From Arcobacteraceae bacterium (GTDB taxonomy: Bacteria; Campylobacterota; Campylobacteria; Campylobacterales; Arcobacteraceae): a DNA stretch of 64,000 nucleotides. The position numbers and the translations under genes are program-made. The notes below the pieces were generated by a model. The model was not told where the DNA came from. It saw only the letters and a list, made by a program, of their open reading frames with translations, and ran no database searches. Positions 39,475-49,377 of the stretch are shown piece by piece (the stretch's first letter is position 1; every line of letters starts with the position of its first letter). The stretch covers positions 1 through 64,000 of the forward strand of contig JBLWVX010000001.1 of assembly GCA_048268245.1 (NCBI GenBank), in the 5' to 3' direction.

Positions 39475-41289
39475 ATGAGTCTACAAGACCAGGAAGCATT
39501 TCTATCAAAAATCCACCCTTTTGAAGTATTGACTGAAGAACAACTAGACACTTGTATCAAACACATGGACATAGCTTACTATGCTAAAGACTCAACTTTA
39601 ATTAGTCCAGAAAAGATTCCAAACTATTTTTTTATCATAATAAAAGGTACTGTATACGAATACAAAGAAGATGAAGTTGTAATGGATTACCATCAACAAG
39701 ACTCTTTTGATGCAAACTCTTTAATATATGGAGAGAGTAAAAATACTTTTAAAGTTCATGAAGATTTAATTTGTTATGAACTTGAGAAAAAGACTTTTTT
39801 AAATCTAATTGAAAATAATAAAGCATTTAAAGACTTCTTTTTAGAAAATCTTGTAAATAGAATTAAAACACTTAAAGATAAAGAGTACACTTCTCAATTG
39901 TCATCTTTCATGATTGCAAAAGTCGATGATGCTCTTGTTCATGATGCATGTATTGTAGAAGAAGATACAAAACTTTTAGATGCAATCGAAAAATCAATGG
40001 AATATAAAACATCTACAATAATAGTAAAAAGAGATAATGAATATGGAATTATTACAGATTCACTTTTGAAAGTAAAAGTTTTACTAGAAGGTAGAGACTT
40101 AAGTATTCCTGTAAAAGAGATTGCTATTTTTCCACTAATGACAGTTTTTAATGATGACTATTTATTTGATGCTCTATCAGTTTTAATAAAAAGAAATATA
40201 AAAAGAGTTGGAGTAGTAAATTCTCAAGGAGAAATGCAAGGAATTTTAGAACAAATTGATGTTTTATCACACTTTGCGAATAATACTTATATAGTAGATA
40301 CACAAATTAAGAAATCTAAAAACATTGAAGATTTAAAAAATGCAAGTAAAGATTTACTTGATATTATAAAATCCCTACAAGCAAAAGGGGTAAAAGTCCA
40401 TCATATTTCAAACTTAATAGGACAATTAAATACAAAAGTTTATAAAAAACTATACAAATTAGTTGTTCCTGAAGAACTACAAAAAAGTGCCTGCTTTATT
40501 GTAATGGGAAGTGAGGGAAGAAATGAACAAATTATAAAAACAGATCAAGATAATGCTTTAGTAGTAAAAAGTGGAATTGATGTTGAACAATACAGACCAT
40601 ATATGGAAAAAATGACTGAAACACTAATTGATTTTGGATACCCACCATGCGAAGGTAATATTATGGTATCAAATCCATTTTGGTGTAAAACAGTTGATGA
40701 CTATAAAAAAGAAACTGCAAGATGGATTGAAGCACCTGATATGCAAAACTATATGGACTTAGCAATATTTTTTGACTCTTATGCAGTTGCTGGGGATAAA
40801 GAACTTTTAATTAATTTAAAAGATGATTTATTTAATAAACTTCATGATAAAGATGTATTTATGGCATATTTTGCAAAAGCTACTTTAACATTTGATACAC
40901 CAAGTACAGTGGCTAACTTTATGACTAAAAAACACACAATTGATATTAAAAAAACTGCTGTATTCCCAATAGTTCAAGGTATTAGAAGTTTAGCTTTAAG
41001 AGAAAGAATTAGAGAAACTACAACAGTAAGAAGAATCAAAATTTTAGAGCAAAGAAAAATTTTAGAAAAAGATAGAGCTGCTGAGCTACTTGAAGCTTTT
41101 GATGTTGTAAACACTTTAAGATTAAATGCCCATTTATCTTACTTGCAAGAAAATAAAGAACTTACAAATGACATAGATACTCACACTCTTGGTAAAATAG
41201 AAAGAGATTTATTAAAAGATTCATTCAAAATAGTTATAGACTTCAAAAAGTTTATAAATTATACATTTAAAATAGATAAGATTTCATAA
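39475..41289 (+). CDS. cNMP-binding + CBS + nucleotidyltransferase (DUF294) protein, copy 1
   Basis: IHPF N-terminal cNMP domain, CBS pair, MGSEGRNEQ..TDQDNAL NTase motif, DIKK..PIVQGIR C-domain. Start placed at 39475 after AGGAG. Confidence 0.88.
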   Translation: MSLQDQEAFLSKIHPFEVLTEEQLDTCIKHMDIAYYAKDSTLISPEKIPNYFFIIIKGTVYEYKEDEVVMDYHQQDSFDANSLIYGESKNTFKVHEDLICYELEKKTFLNLIENNKAFKDFFLENLVNRIKTLKDKEYTSQLSSFMIAKVDDALVHDACIVEEDTKLLDAIEKSMEYKTSTIIVKRDNEYGIITDSLLKVKVLLEGRDLSIPVKEIAIFPLMTVFNDDYLFDALSVLIKRNIKRVGVVNSQGEMQGILEQIDVLSHFANNTYIVDTQIKKSKNIEDLKNASKDLLDIIKSLQAKGVKVHHISNLIGQLNTKVYKKLYKLVVPEELQKSACFIVMGSEGRNEQIIKTDQDNALVVKSGIDVEQYRPYMEKMTETLIDFGYPPCEGNIMVSNPFWCKTVDDYKKETARWIEAPDMQNYMDLAIFFDSYAVAGDKELLINLKDDLFNKLHDKDVFMAYFAKATLTFDTPSTVANFMTKKHTIDIKKTAVFPIVQGIRSLALRERIRETTTVRRIKILEQRKILEKDRAAELLEAFDVVNTLRLNAHLSYLQENKELTNDIDTHTLGKIERDLLKDSFKIVIDFKKFINYTFKIDKIS

Positions 41290-41921
41290 TGTTTGCTAAT
41301 TTTATTAAAAACTGGAAAAAAAGATCTCTTAAAGATAAAAAATATCAATATCTTTTTGATGAACCATTAACTGATGAATATGTTTGTTTAGACTGTGAAA
41401 CTACAGGATTAAGTCCAAGAAAAGATGAGATTTTGTCAATTGGGGCTGTTGTTATTAAAAAAAACAAAATACTTATGAGAAAAACCTTAAATATTTTTGT
41501 TAAACCATCTAAAAAAATTGATTCAGAATCTATAAAAATACACCATATAAGACCTATTGATTTAGAAAACGCAGTAGATCCAAAAGATGCAATTTTAGAA
41601 CTTTTAGATTTTATAGGAAGTAGACCAATAGTTGGCTATTACATAAAATTTGATGTAGCAATGATCTCAAAATATACAAAAAAATATATTGGTATTTCTT
41701 TACCTAATGAAACCATAGAAGTTTCCTCTATGTATTACAAAACTAGAAAAAAATCAAGTGACTATGAATTTATTGATTTAAAATTCGATACTATTATGAA
41801 AGAACTTGAGCTTCCAAAACTTGGAAAGCATGATGCATTAAATGATGCAATTATGACTTCTATGATGTTTTTAAAGCTTAAAGACTTAACTCCAGCTAAA
41901 ACAACATTCTATACTAATTAA
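41289..41921 (+). CDS. DEDDh 3'-5' exonuclease (DnaQ-like), copy 1
   Basis: DCETTG, VGYYIKFD, HDALNDA; start overlaps the DUF294 stop. Confidence 0.88.
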   Translation: MFANFIKNWKKRSLKDKKYQYLFDEPLTDEYVCLDCETTGLSPRKDEILSIGAVVIKKNKILMRKTLNIFVKPSKKIDSESIKIHHIRPIDLENAVDPKDAILELLDFIGSRPIVGYYIKFDVAMISKYTKKYIGISLPNETIEVSSMYYKTRKKSSDYEFIDLKFDTIMKELELPKLGKHDALNDAIMTSMMFLKLKDLTPAKTTFYTN

Positions 41922-42072
41922 AAAAGAGAATTTAAAACGTTATTAGTTTCTCTTTTTATTAGCTTCTAAAAGTTACACTTACAAATATTTCTAATTAAAT
42001 TACACTTAAATTACATAAATGATATTTTCTTGTAAATTTATATATGTATAATTAATCTTATTTTTATTTAAA

Positions 42073-42098
42073 TGCTACACTAATGCTATTTTTGCTAT
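42073..42098 (+). promoter_or_regulatory. TGCTAY repeats upstream of DUF485/actP copy 1
   Basis: tgctac 42073, tgctat 42084, tgctat 42093; TGTATAAT at 42045-42052. Confidence 0.65.
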
Positions 42099-42148
42099 TT
42101 TCAGTGAATTTAGCATTTTAATTTAAATAAAATAACTAAGGAGGCAAA

Positions 42149-42463
42149 ATGAATGATGAGTTAGTACAACGAATCAAAAACAACCCTAAATATCAGGAGT
42201 TGGTACAAAAGAGAAGTGCATTCTCTCTAAAATTGGCAATTTTTGTATTGGTAATGTTTTATGCATATATTTTAACTATTGCATTTGATCCAACATTACT
42301 TGGTATAAAAACAGGTGAAGGTGTTATGACTTATGCATTCCCAGTGGCTGCTGCAATTATCATAATTGGTTTTATTACAACATTAATTTATGTTAAAAGA
42401 GCAAACGGCGAGTTTGAAGACTTAACTAATGAAATAAAAGATGATGTAAAGGATATTATGTAA
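42149..42463 (+). CDS. DUF485 (YjcH-like) membrane protein, copy 1
   Basis: [12 protein letters not shown], two TM helices, [10 protein letters not shown]. Confidence 0.88.
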   Translation: MNDELVQRIKNNPKYQELVQKRSAFSLKLAIFVLVMFYAYILTIAFDPTLLGIKTGEGVMTYAFPVAAAIIIIGFITTLIYVKRANGEFEDLTNEIKDDVKDIM

Positions 42464-44112
42464 TGTTTAGAATTATAGCACTAATTTCAATTTTTGCTGT
42501 GGCATTATTTGCTGCAGGAGATGCAAACTTCGAAGCATCAAAAAGAGAACTAAATATTCCAGCAATTATTATGTTCTTTATTTTTGTTGGTGGTACTTTA
42601 GGTATTACATATTGGGCAGCTAAAAAAACTAAATCTGCAAGTGATTTTTATACAGCAGGTGGAGGAATTTCTGGTTTCCAAAATGGTATGGCTATTGCAG
42701 GTGACTATATGTCAGCAGCATCATTCCTAGGTATTTCTGGTCTTGTTTACTTAAGTGGTTATGATGGATTAATTTATGCAGTTGGATTCTTAGTTGGATG
42801 GCCTGTAATTTTATTCTTAATGGCTGAAAAATTAAGAAACTTAGGTAAATTCACATTTGCTGATATTGCAGCTTATAGACTTGGACAAAAAGAGATTAGA
42901 ACTCTTGCAGCATTTGGTTCTCTGTCAGTTGTTACTTTATATTTAATTGCACAAATGGTTGGTTCAGGTAAACTGATTCAAGTATTATTTGGATTAGAGT
43001 ATGAATATGCTGTAATTCTTGTTGGTGTAATGATGATTATCTATGTAACATTTGGTGGTATGTTAGCTACTACTTGGGTTCAAATTATTAAAGCAGTATT
43101 ATTATTATCAGGGGTTTCATTTATGGGATTCATGGTATTAAGCCATTTTGGATTCTCTTTTGAAGCCTTAGCTACAAAAGCAGTTGAAACTCATGAAAAA
43201 GGTCAAGCAATCATGGAACCAGGAGGTTTTATTTCTGATCCAATTTCTGCTATTTCTTTAGGATTAGCATTAATGCTTGGTACTGCTGGTCTTCCTCATG
43301 TACTTATGAGATTTTTTACAGTTGGAAATGCTAAAGAAGCTAGAAAATCTGTTGTTTACGCAACTGGTTTTATTGGTTACTTCTACTTAGTAATTGCTGT
43401 TATTGGTTTAGGTGCAATTGTATTCTTAAACTCTGATGCAGGAGCTGTATATTTTGTTGATGGTAAACTATTTGGTGGAAATAATATGGCAGCAATTCAC
43501 TTATCACATATAGTAGGTGGTAATGTATTCTTAGGATTTATTTCAGCTGTTGCTTTTGCTACAATTTTAGCAGTTGTTGCAGGTCTTACACTTGCTGGTG
43601 CATCTGCAATTTCACATGATATTTATGCTTGTGTTATTAATCCAAATGCTTCTGAAGAGCAAGAAATTAAAGTTTCTAAAATAGCTGTAATTACAATTGG
43701 TATTGTAGGTGTTGTACTTGGTATTGCATTTGAAAATCAAAATATTGCATTTATGGTTGGTCTTGCATTTGCTATTGCTGCATCTGCTAATTTCCCTATT
43801 TTATTCTTATCTATTTATTGGAGAGGTTTAACTACAAGAGGTGCTTACCTTGGTGGATTTATTGGGTTACTAACTGCTGTTGTTTTAGTTATTGTAGGTC
43901 CTATTGTATGGGTACAAATTTTAGGAAATGAAGAAGCTTTATTCCCTTATAAACACCCTGCTTTATTCTCTGTAACTACAGCATTTATTGCAATTTGGTT
44001 CTTCTCTAAAACAGATAACTCTCAAAGAGCAAAAGATGAAAAAGAATTGTTTGAAGCACAAAATATTAGAGCTCAAACAGGTATTGGTGCATCAGGAGCA
44101 GTTGATCACTAA
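42463..44112 (+). CDS. actP: Cation/acetate symporter ActP-like, copy 1
   Basis: [48 protein letters not shown]; coupled to DUF485. Confidence 0.88.
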   Translation: MFRIIALISIFAVALFAAGDANFEASKRELNIPAIIMFFIFVGGTLGITYWAAKKTKSASDFYTAGGGISGFQNGMAIAGDYMSAASFLGISGLVYLSGYDGLIYAVGFLVGWPVILFLMAEKLRNLGKFTFADIAAYRLGQKEIRTLAAFGSLSVVTLYLIAQMVGSGKLIQVLFGLEYEYAVILVGVMMIIYVTFGGMLATTWVQIIKAVLLLSGVSFMGFMVLSHFGFSFEALATKAVETHEKGQAIMEPGGFISDPISAISLGLALMLGTAGLPHVLMRFFTVGNAKEARKSVVYATGFIGYFYLVIAVIGLGAIVFLNSDAGAVYFVDGKLFGGNNMAAIHLSHIVGGNVFLGFISAVAFATILAVVAGLTLAGASAISHDIYACVINPNASEEQEIKVSKIAVITIGIVGVVLGIAFENQNIAFMVGLAFAIAASANFPILFLSIYWRGLTTRGAYLGGFIGLLTAVVLVIVGPIVWVQILGNEEALFPYKHPALFSVTTAFIAIWFFSKTDNSQRAKDEKELFEAQNIRAQTGIGASGAVDH

Positions 44113-44118
44113 AACCAA

Positions 44119-44147
44119 TTACTAAAGAGATTTTTTCTCTTTAGTAA
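44119..44147 (+). terminator. Hairpin after actP copy 1
   Basis: ttactaaagaga / tctctttagtaa. Confidence 0.65.
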
Positions 44148-44370
44148 CAAATTATTATAACTATTACTAATTTTCACACTATAATTACAACTTTTATGAA
44201 ACTTTATGAAATTATAAAAATTTTCTTAAAAATTACAACTAATCTCTATATATAAATATAGCTTTTTTTGTTACTTTTTTACATTTTTTACATTTTATTT
44301 ACATATTTAATCAATTTTTTTTAATTATAAATAATTTTTTACATGTATAATAGAACTGTTTTTTCTTATT

Positions 44371-44387
44371 TGCTATTTTATTGCTAT
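44371..44387 (+). promoter_or_regulatory. TGCTAT-N5-TGCTAT upstream of DUF485/actP copy 2
   Basis: tgctat 44371 and 44382; TGTATAAT at 44344-44351. Confidence 0.65.
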
Positions 44388-44457
44388 TGGTTTTAAAGAG
44401 AATAAGAATTAGTTTTATGCATAATTTAATTTATGCAATAACGAAAAAGGAAGCAGA

Positions 44458-44772
44458 ATGAACGAAAAGTTAGTAGAGAGGATTGACAATAACCCTAAGT
44501 ATCATGAGCTAGTTTCAAAAAGAAATAGTTTTGGTATCAAATTAGGGATATTTGTTTTAGTGATGTTTTATGCATATATCTTAACAATTGCATTCAACAA
44601 AGAAATTTTAGCAACTAAAATAGGTGATGGTTTAACAACTGTAGCATTTCCTATTGCATTAGCTATCTTAATTATCAGTTTTATCACAACAGTGATTTAT
44701 GTTAGAAGAGCAAATGGGGAGTTTGAAGACCTAACAAATGAAATTAAAGAAGATGTAAAGGATTTAGTGTAA
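44458..44772 (+). CDS. DUF485 (YjcH-like) membrane protein, copy 2
   Basis: Paralogue of 42149-42463, same length. Confidence 0.88.
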   Translation: MNEKLVERIDNNPKYHELVSKRNSFGIKLGIFVLVMFYAYILTIAFNKEILATKIGDGLTTVAFPIALAILIISFITTVIYVRRANGEFEDLTNEIKEDVKDLV

Positions 44773-46421
44773 TGTTTAGAATTTTAGCGCTTATTTCAGT
44801 TATTTCTTTAACAGCATTTGCAGCAGGTGATGCATCTTTTGAAGCTACAAAAAGAGAATTAAATATTCCTGCAATTATTATGTTCTTCATTTTTATTTTA
44901 GGAACATTAGGTTTAACATACTGGGCAGCAAAAAAAACAAAATCTGCTAGTGACTTCTATACAGCTGGTGGAGGAATCACAGGTTTTCAAAATGGTTTAG
45001 CAATTGCAGGTGACTATATGTCAGCAGCTGCATTCTTAGGTGTATCTGGTCTTATTTATATGAAAGGTTATGATGGAGTTATCTATGCTGTATCATTCTT
45101 AGTTGGTTGGCCAATTATTCTTTTCTTCATGGCTGAGAAATTAAGAAACTTAGGTAAGTTTACATTTACAGATATCGCAGCATACAGATTAGGTCAAAAA
45201 CAAATCAGAACATTAGCTGCATTTGGTACTATCTCTGTTGTTATATTATACCTTATTGCACAAATGGTTGGTGCTGGTAAATTAATTCAAGTTTTATTTG
45301 GTATGGAATATGAATTTGCAGTAATCCTTGTTGGTGTTATGATGATTATCTACGTAACATTTGGTGGTATGCTTGCAACTACATGGGTTCAAATTATTAA
45401 GGCATGTTTACTTTTATCTGGTGTTTCATTTATGGCTATCATGGTTTTATATCACTTTGATTTTAGTTTTGAATCATTAGCTGTAAAAGCTGTTGAAAAT
45501 CACAGTGCTGGTGAGTCAATTTTAGCTCCTGGTGGATTTATATCTGACCCTATTTCAGCTATTTCTTTAGGTATGGCTTTAATGCTAGGAACTGCTGGTC
45601 TTCCACACGTTCTTATGAGATTCTTTACAGTTGGTAATGCTAAAGAAGCTAGAAAATCTGTTGTTTATGCAACTGGTTTTGTTGGTTACTTCTGGATTAT
45701 CATTACAATCGTTGGTTTTGGTGCGATTGCATTCTTAAACTCTGATGCAGGTGCTGCGTACTTTGTTGATGGTAAGTTATTTGGTGGAAACAATATGGCA
45801 TCTATTCACTTATCACATATGTTAGGTGGTAATGCATTCTTAGGATTTATTTCAGCAGTTGCATTTGCTACTATTTTAGCAGTTGTATCTGGTCTTACAT
45901 TATCAGCAGCAGGTGCTATTTCTCATGATCTTTATGCAAATGTAATTAACACAAATTCTACAGATGAACAAGTAGTTAAAGTATCTAGATATACAGTTGT
46001 TTTAGTTGGTATTGTAGGTGTTACATTAGGTATTGCGTTTGAGCAACAAAATATTGCTTATATGGTTGGTCTTGCATTTGGTATTGCAGCATCAGCTAAC
46101 TTCCCAATTTTATTCTTATCAATTTACTGGTCTCAGTTAACAACAAGAGGGGCATTCTTAGGTGGATTATGTGGTCTTATCTCTGCTGTTACACTTGTAA
46201 TTGTTGGACCAATTGTATGGGTACAAATTTTAGGAAATGAAGAAGCATTATTCCCTTATAAACACCCTGCTCTATTCTCTGTAACAATTGCATTTGTTGC
46301 TATCTGGTTCTTCTCTAAGACAGATAATTCAGAAAAAGGGAAAGCGGAGAAAAAATTATTTAAAGCTCAAAATATTAGAGCAAATACAGGTATTGGTGCA
46401 GCAGGAGCTGTTGATCACTAA
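44772..46421 (+). CDS. actP: Cation/acetate symporter ActP-like, copy 2
   Basis: Same length and motifs as copy 1; [12 protein letters not shown] variant. Confidence 0.85.
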   Translation: MFRILALISVISLTAFAAGDASFEATKRELNIPAIIMFFIFILGTLGLTYWAAKKTKSASDFYTAGGGITGFQNGLAIAGDYMSAAAFLGVSGLIYMKGYDGVIYAVSFLVGWPIILFFMAEKLRNLGKFTFTDIAAYRLGQKQIRTLAAFGTISVVILYLIAQMVGAGKLIQVLFGMEYEFAVILVGVMMIIYVTFGGMLATTWVQIIKACLLLSGVSFMAIMVLYHFDFSFESLAVKAVENHSAGESILAPGGFISDPISAISLGMALMLGTAGLPHVLMRFFTVGNAKEARKSVVYATGFVGYFWIIITIVGFGAIAFLNSDAGAAYFVDGKLFGGNNMASIHLSHMLGGNAFLGFISAVAFATILAVVSGLTLSAAGAISHDLYANVINTNSTDEQVVKVSRYTVVLVGIVGVTLGIAFEQQNIAYMVGLAFGIAASANFPILFLSIYWSQLTTRGAFLGGLCGLISAVTLVIVGPIVWVQILGNEEALFPYKHPALFSVTIAFVAIWFFSKTDNSEKGKAEKKLFKAQNIRANTGIGAAGAVDH

Positions 46422-46430
46422 GCCTTTTAA

Positions 46431-46460
46431 AATATCAAAGAAGGTTACTTCTTTGATATT
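46431..46460 (+). terminator. Hairpin after actP copy 2
   Basis: aatatcaaagaag / cttctttgatatt. Confidence 0.7.
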
Positions 46461-46603
46461 TATTATTAACTACAAATTTTAAAATCTAACTTATAACATT
46501 ACTATAAAATTTACTTATATTATATTTTACACTATTTAATTCTAGTAATTATTATTTTATTTTTTATTAGCTAAAATAAATAAAGAGAAATTAGGAAACA
46601 TAA

Positions 46604-48445
46604 ATGAGTATATTAGAACAGAAAACATTTTTAAGTTCAATTCATCCTTTTGAGCACTTAACAAAAGCTCAACTAGATGTCTTTTCAGAACATATAGATA
46701 TTGTATATTTCAAAAAAAATGAAATAATACAAAAGCAAGGAGCTGAACCAAAGTTTTTATACTTTGTATTAAAAGGAATAGTACAAGAAAAACAAGAAGA
46801 TGAAGTATTATCAATTTTTTCAAAAAACGAACTATTTGATGCAATTTCACTAATTGAAAACTATTCAAAACATACATTCGTTACAGCACAAGAAACAATT
46901 TGTTATTCTTTACCAAGAGAAATATTTATCAAAACTTTACATGAGAATCAAAACTTAGAAAGCTATTTCTTTCAATCAATTTCACAAAAACTTAACAATC
47001 ATGTTGACCAAGAAAAAAATAAAGAGATTGCAAATATCATGATTGCAAAAGTAAAAGATGCCAATGTACATAATGCAGTTATTACAGATACACAAAAAAC
47101 TATATTTGAAGCTGCTACAATAATAAAAGAAGAAAAGGTCCCAACTTTACTTCTAAGAGATGAAAATGATGAAATGTATATTGTTACAGATTCAGATTTT
47201 AGACAAAAAGTAATTTTAAATAGAATGGATTTTGATGATAAAATCATAAAGATAGCATCAAAAGGTTTAATCTATGTAAATGAAAATGATTTTTTATTTA
47301 ATGCCCAATTAATTATGGCAAAACATGGACTAAAAAGAGTTGTTGTTAAAAATGATAAAAATGAAATAGTTGGTATCTTAGATCAAATTTCACTATCTTC
47401 ATTTTTTGCAACTAATACATTCTCTGTTTCAAATCAAATTGTAAAAGCAGAAACTATTGAAGAATTAAAACAAGCTTCACTATCATTTATAAAAATAGTT
47501 AAATCTTTAAATGCAAAAGGTGTAAAAGTTGAATTTATTGCAAAACTAATAAATCAACTAAATAAAAAACTAATTGCAAAACTATTTAGTTTCTTAGCTC
47601 CTGATGAATTAAAAGGTAAATCATGTTTAGTTGTAATGGGAAGTGAAGGAAGAAGTGAGCAAATTTTAAAAACAGATCAAGATAATGCATTGATACTAGC
47701 AGATGATTGTGAAATAAGTGATGAGAAATTAAATGAGTTTACACATAAGTTTACAGAAACCTTAGTTAATTTTGGTTTTCCGAGATGTGAGGGTAATATC
47801 ATGGTTTCTAATCCATATTGGAGAAGAAGAAAAAAAGATTTTAAAGATTTAATTTACTCTTGGGTTAATGAACCAAGTCCTGATAATATGATGAATACTG
47901 CAATTTTTTATGACTCAATTTGTATAGCAGGTGACAAACAAATAATTCTTGATTTAAAAGAATACTTATTTAAGGTTGTAGGAGACACACAAACATTTAA
48001 CTCACAATTTGCAAAAGTTATCATGAGTTTTGATGTACCTTTAGGTTTCTTTGATGGTTTTGTATTTAATAGTGATGATAAAGAGCATAAAGATGAACTT
48101 GATATAAAAAAAGGTGGGATATTTATTTTAGTTCAAAGTATTAGAGCATTAAGTTTAGAAAAAAAACTATTTAATACAAATACAATAAAAAGAGTAAAAG
48201 CTCTAAAAGAGATGGGTATATTTGATGATGAATTTGCACAAGAAGTTATCATGGCATTTAACTATTTATCAAATCTAAAACTAAAATCAAATTTAGAAAA
48301 AATTGATAAAAAAGAAAATATTGACAACTATATTAATCCTGATGATTTAAATACAATGCAAAAAGACTTATTAAAAGACTCTTTTAAAATTGTTAATAAA
48401 TTAAAGAAAAAATTAGAATACCATTTTAAGTTGAACTATGTTTAG
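46604..48445 (+). CDS. cNMP-binding + CBS + nucleotidyltransferase (DUF294) protein, copy 2
   Basis: IHPF, CBS pair, MGSEGRSEQILKTDQDNAL, CEGNIMVSNP, LDIKKGG. Confidence 0.88.
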   Translation: MSILEQKTFLSSIHPFEHLTKAQLDVFSEHIDIVYFKKNEIIQKQGAEPKFLYFVLKGIVQEKQEDEVLSIFSKNELFDAISLIENYSKHTFVTAQETICYSLPREIFIKTLHENQNLESYFFQSISQKLNNHVDQEKNKEIANIMIAKVKDANVHNAVITDTQKTIFEAATIIKEEKVPTLLLRDENDEMYIVTDSDFRQKVILNRMDFDDKIIKIASKGLIYVNENDFLFNAQLIMAKHGLKRVVVKNDKNEIVGILDQISLSSFFATNTFSVSNQIVKAETIEELKQASLSFIKIVKSLNAKGVKVEFIAKLINQLNKKLIAKLFSFLAPDELKGKSCLVVMGSEGRSEQILKTDQDNALILADDCEISDEKLNEFTHKFTETLVNFGFPRCEGNIMVSNPYWRRRKKDFKDLIYSWVNEPSPDNMMNTAIFYDSICIAGDKQIILDLKEYLFKVVGDTQTFNSQFAKVIMSFDVPLGFFDGFVFNSDDKEHKDELDIKKGGIFILVQSIRALSLEKKLFNTNTIKRVKALKEMGIFDDEFAQEVIMAFNYLSNLKLKSNLEKIDKKENIDNYINPDDLNTMQKDLLKDSFKIVNKLKKKLEYHFKLNYV

Positions 48446-49058
48446 AATTATAAAAAACTATTTTAATAAAAAAAATCTAAAAGACGATAAATATCAATAT
48501 CTATTTGATAAAGCTCATGAAGATGAATATGTTTGTTTTGATTGTGAAACAACAGGTTTAGATCCCAAAAAAGATGAAATAATCTCAATAGGTGCTGTAA
48601 TCATAAAAAACAATACAATTATTTCAAGTAAAAAATTTGTAAAGTTTGTAAAACCAAAAACTAAACTTCAAGAAGATGCTATTAAAGTACATCATATAAG
48701 AGAGATGGATTTAGAAAATGCTTTAAATATTGATGATGTTATTTATGAATTCTTAGATTATATAGGGAATAGAACACTTGTAGGATATTTTTTAGAGTTT
48801 GATATTGCAATGATAGATAAATATGTAAAACCTAGACTTGGTATTTCTTTACCTAATAAAAGAATTGAAGTATCTGCAATCTATCATGACTATAAAATAG
48901 AAGCTATACCACAAGGGAATATAGATTTAAGATTTGACACAATTATGAATGAATTACAAATTCCTGTTATGGGAAAACATGATGCATATAATGATGCATT
49001 AATGACTTCATTAATATTTTTGAAATTAAAAAATATTTCAAAGCTAAAAATACAATAA
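48438..49058 (+). CDS. DEDDh 3'-5' exonuclease, copy 2
   Basis: DCETTG, VGYFLEFD, HDAYNDA; overlaps the DUF294 gene end. Confidence 0.88.
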   Translation: MFRIIKNYFNKKNLKDDKYQYLFDKAHEDEYVCFDCETTGLDPKKDEIISIGAVIIKNNTIISSKKFVKFVKPKTKLQEDAIKVHHIREMDLENALNIDDVIYEFLDYIGNRTLVGYFLEFDIAMIDKYVKPRLGISLPNKRIEVSAIYHDYKIEAIPQGNIDLRFDTIMNELQIPVMGKHDAYNDALMTSLIFLKLKNISKLKIQ

Positions 49059-49141
49059 AGGAAACTTAAACTATGCTAAACTATCAAAAGTGTTACATTT
49101 ACTTTTGATAGATACGTAAAACGTTAATTTTTTATTCATTT

Positions 49142-49158
49142 TGTACAATAATTGTACA
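49142..49158. promoter_or_regulatory. TGTACA-N5-TGTACA box upstream of pta-ackA
   Basis: tgtaca-ataat-tgtaca. Confidence 0.55.
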
Positions 49159-49309
49159 TTAATAAAGTAATATATAACACTTAAGAGCCATTTAGACCAT
49201 ATTTTATTACGATTCTGCACATTTTCTTTTTTTATCAAATTTTATGTATATTTTATGTACTTTTCGAAAAATATAATATACAATATAAATGATCAAGATT
49301 ATAAACCAA

Positions 49310-49342
49310 TGCTATTTTTTTGCTATGGTTATAAATTATAAT
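49310..49342 (+). promoter_or_regulatory. TGCTAT-N5-TGCTAT plus TATAAT upstream of pta
   Basis: tgctat 49310 and 49321; TATAAT at 49337-49342, 10 bp after the repeat. Confidence 0.65.
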
Positions 49343-49377
49343 CTTTCACAAGTTTTTAAAGTAGAAAGGATAACTTA

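Noticed and set aside
41289..49058. DEDDh genes as DNA polymerase III epsilon, or NTase + nuclease as a CBASS-like or toxin-antitoxin defence system
   Set aside because: The domain architecture (cNMP-CBS-GlnD-like NTase), the duplication and the metabolic context fit transporter-linked regulation; no defence effectors are nearby.
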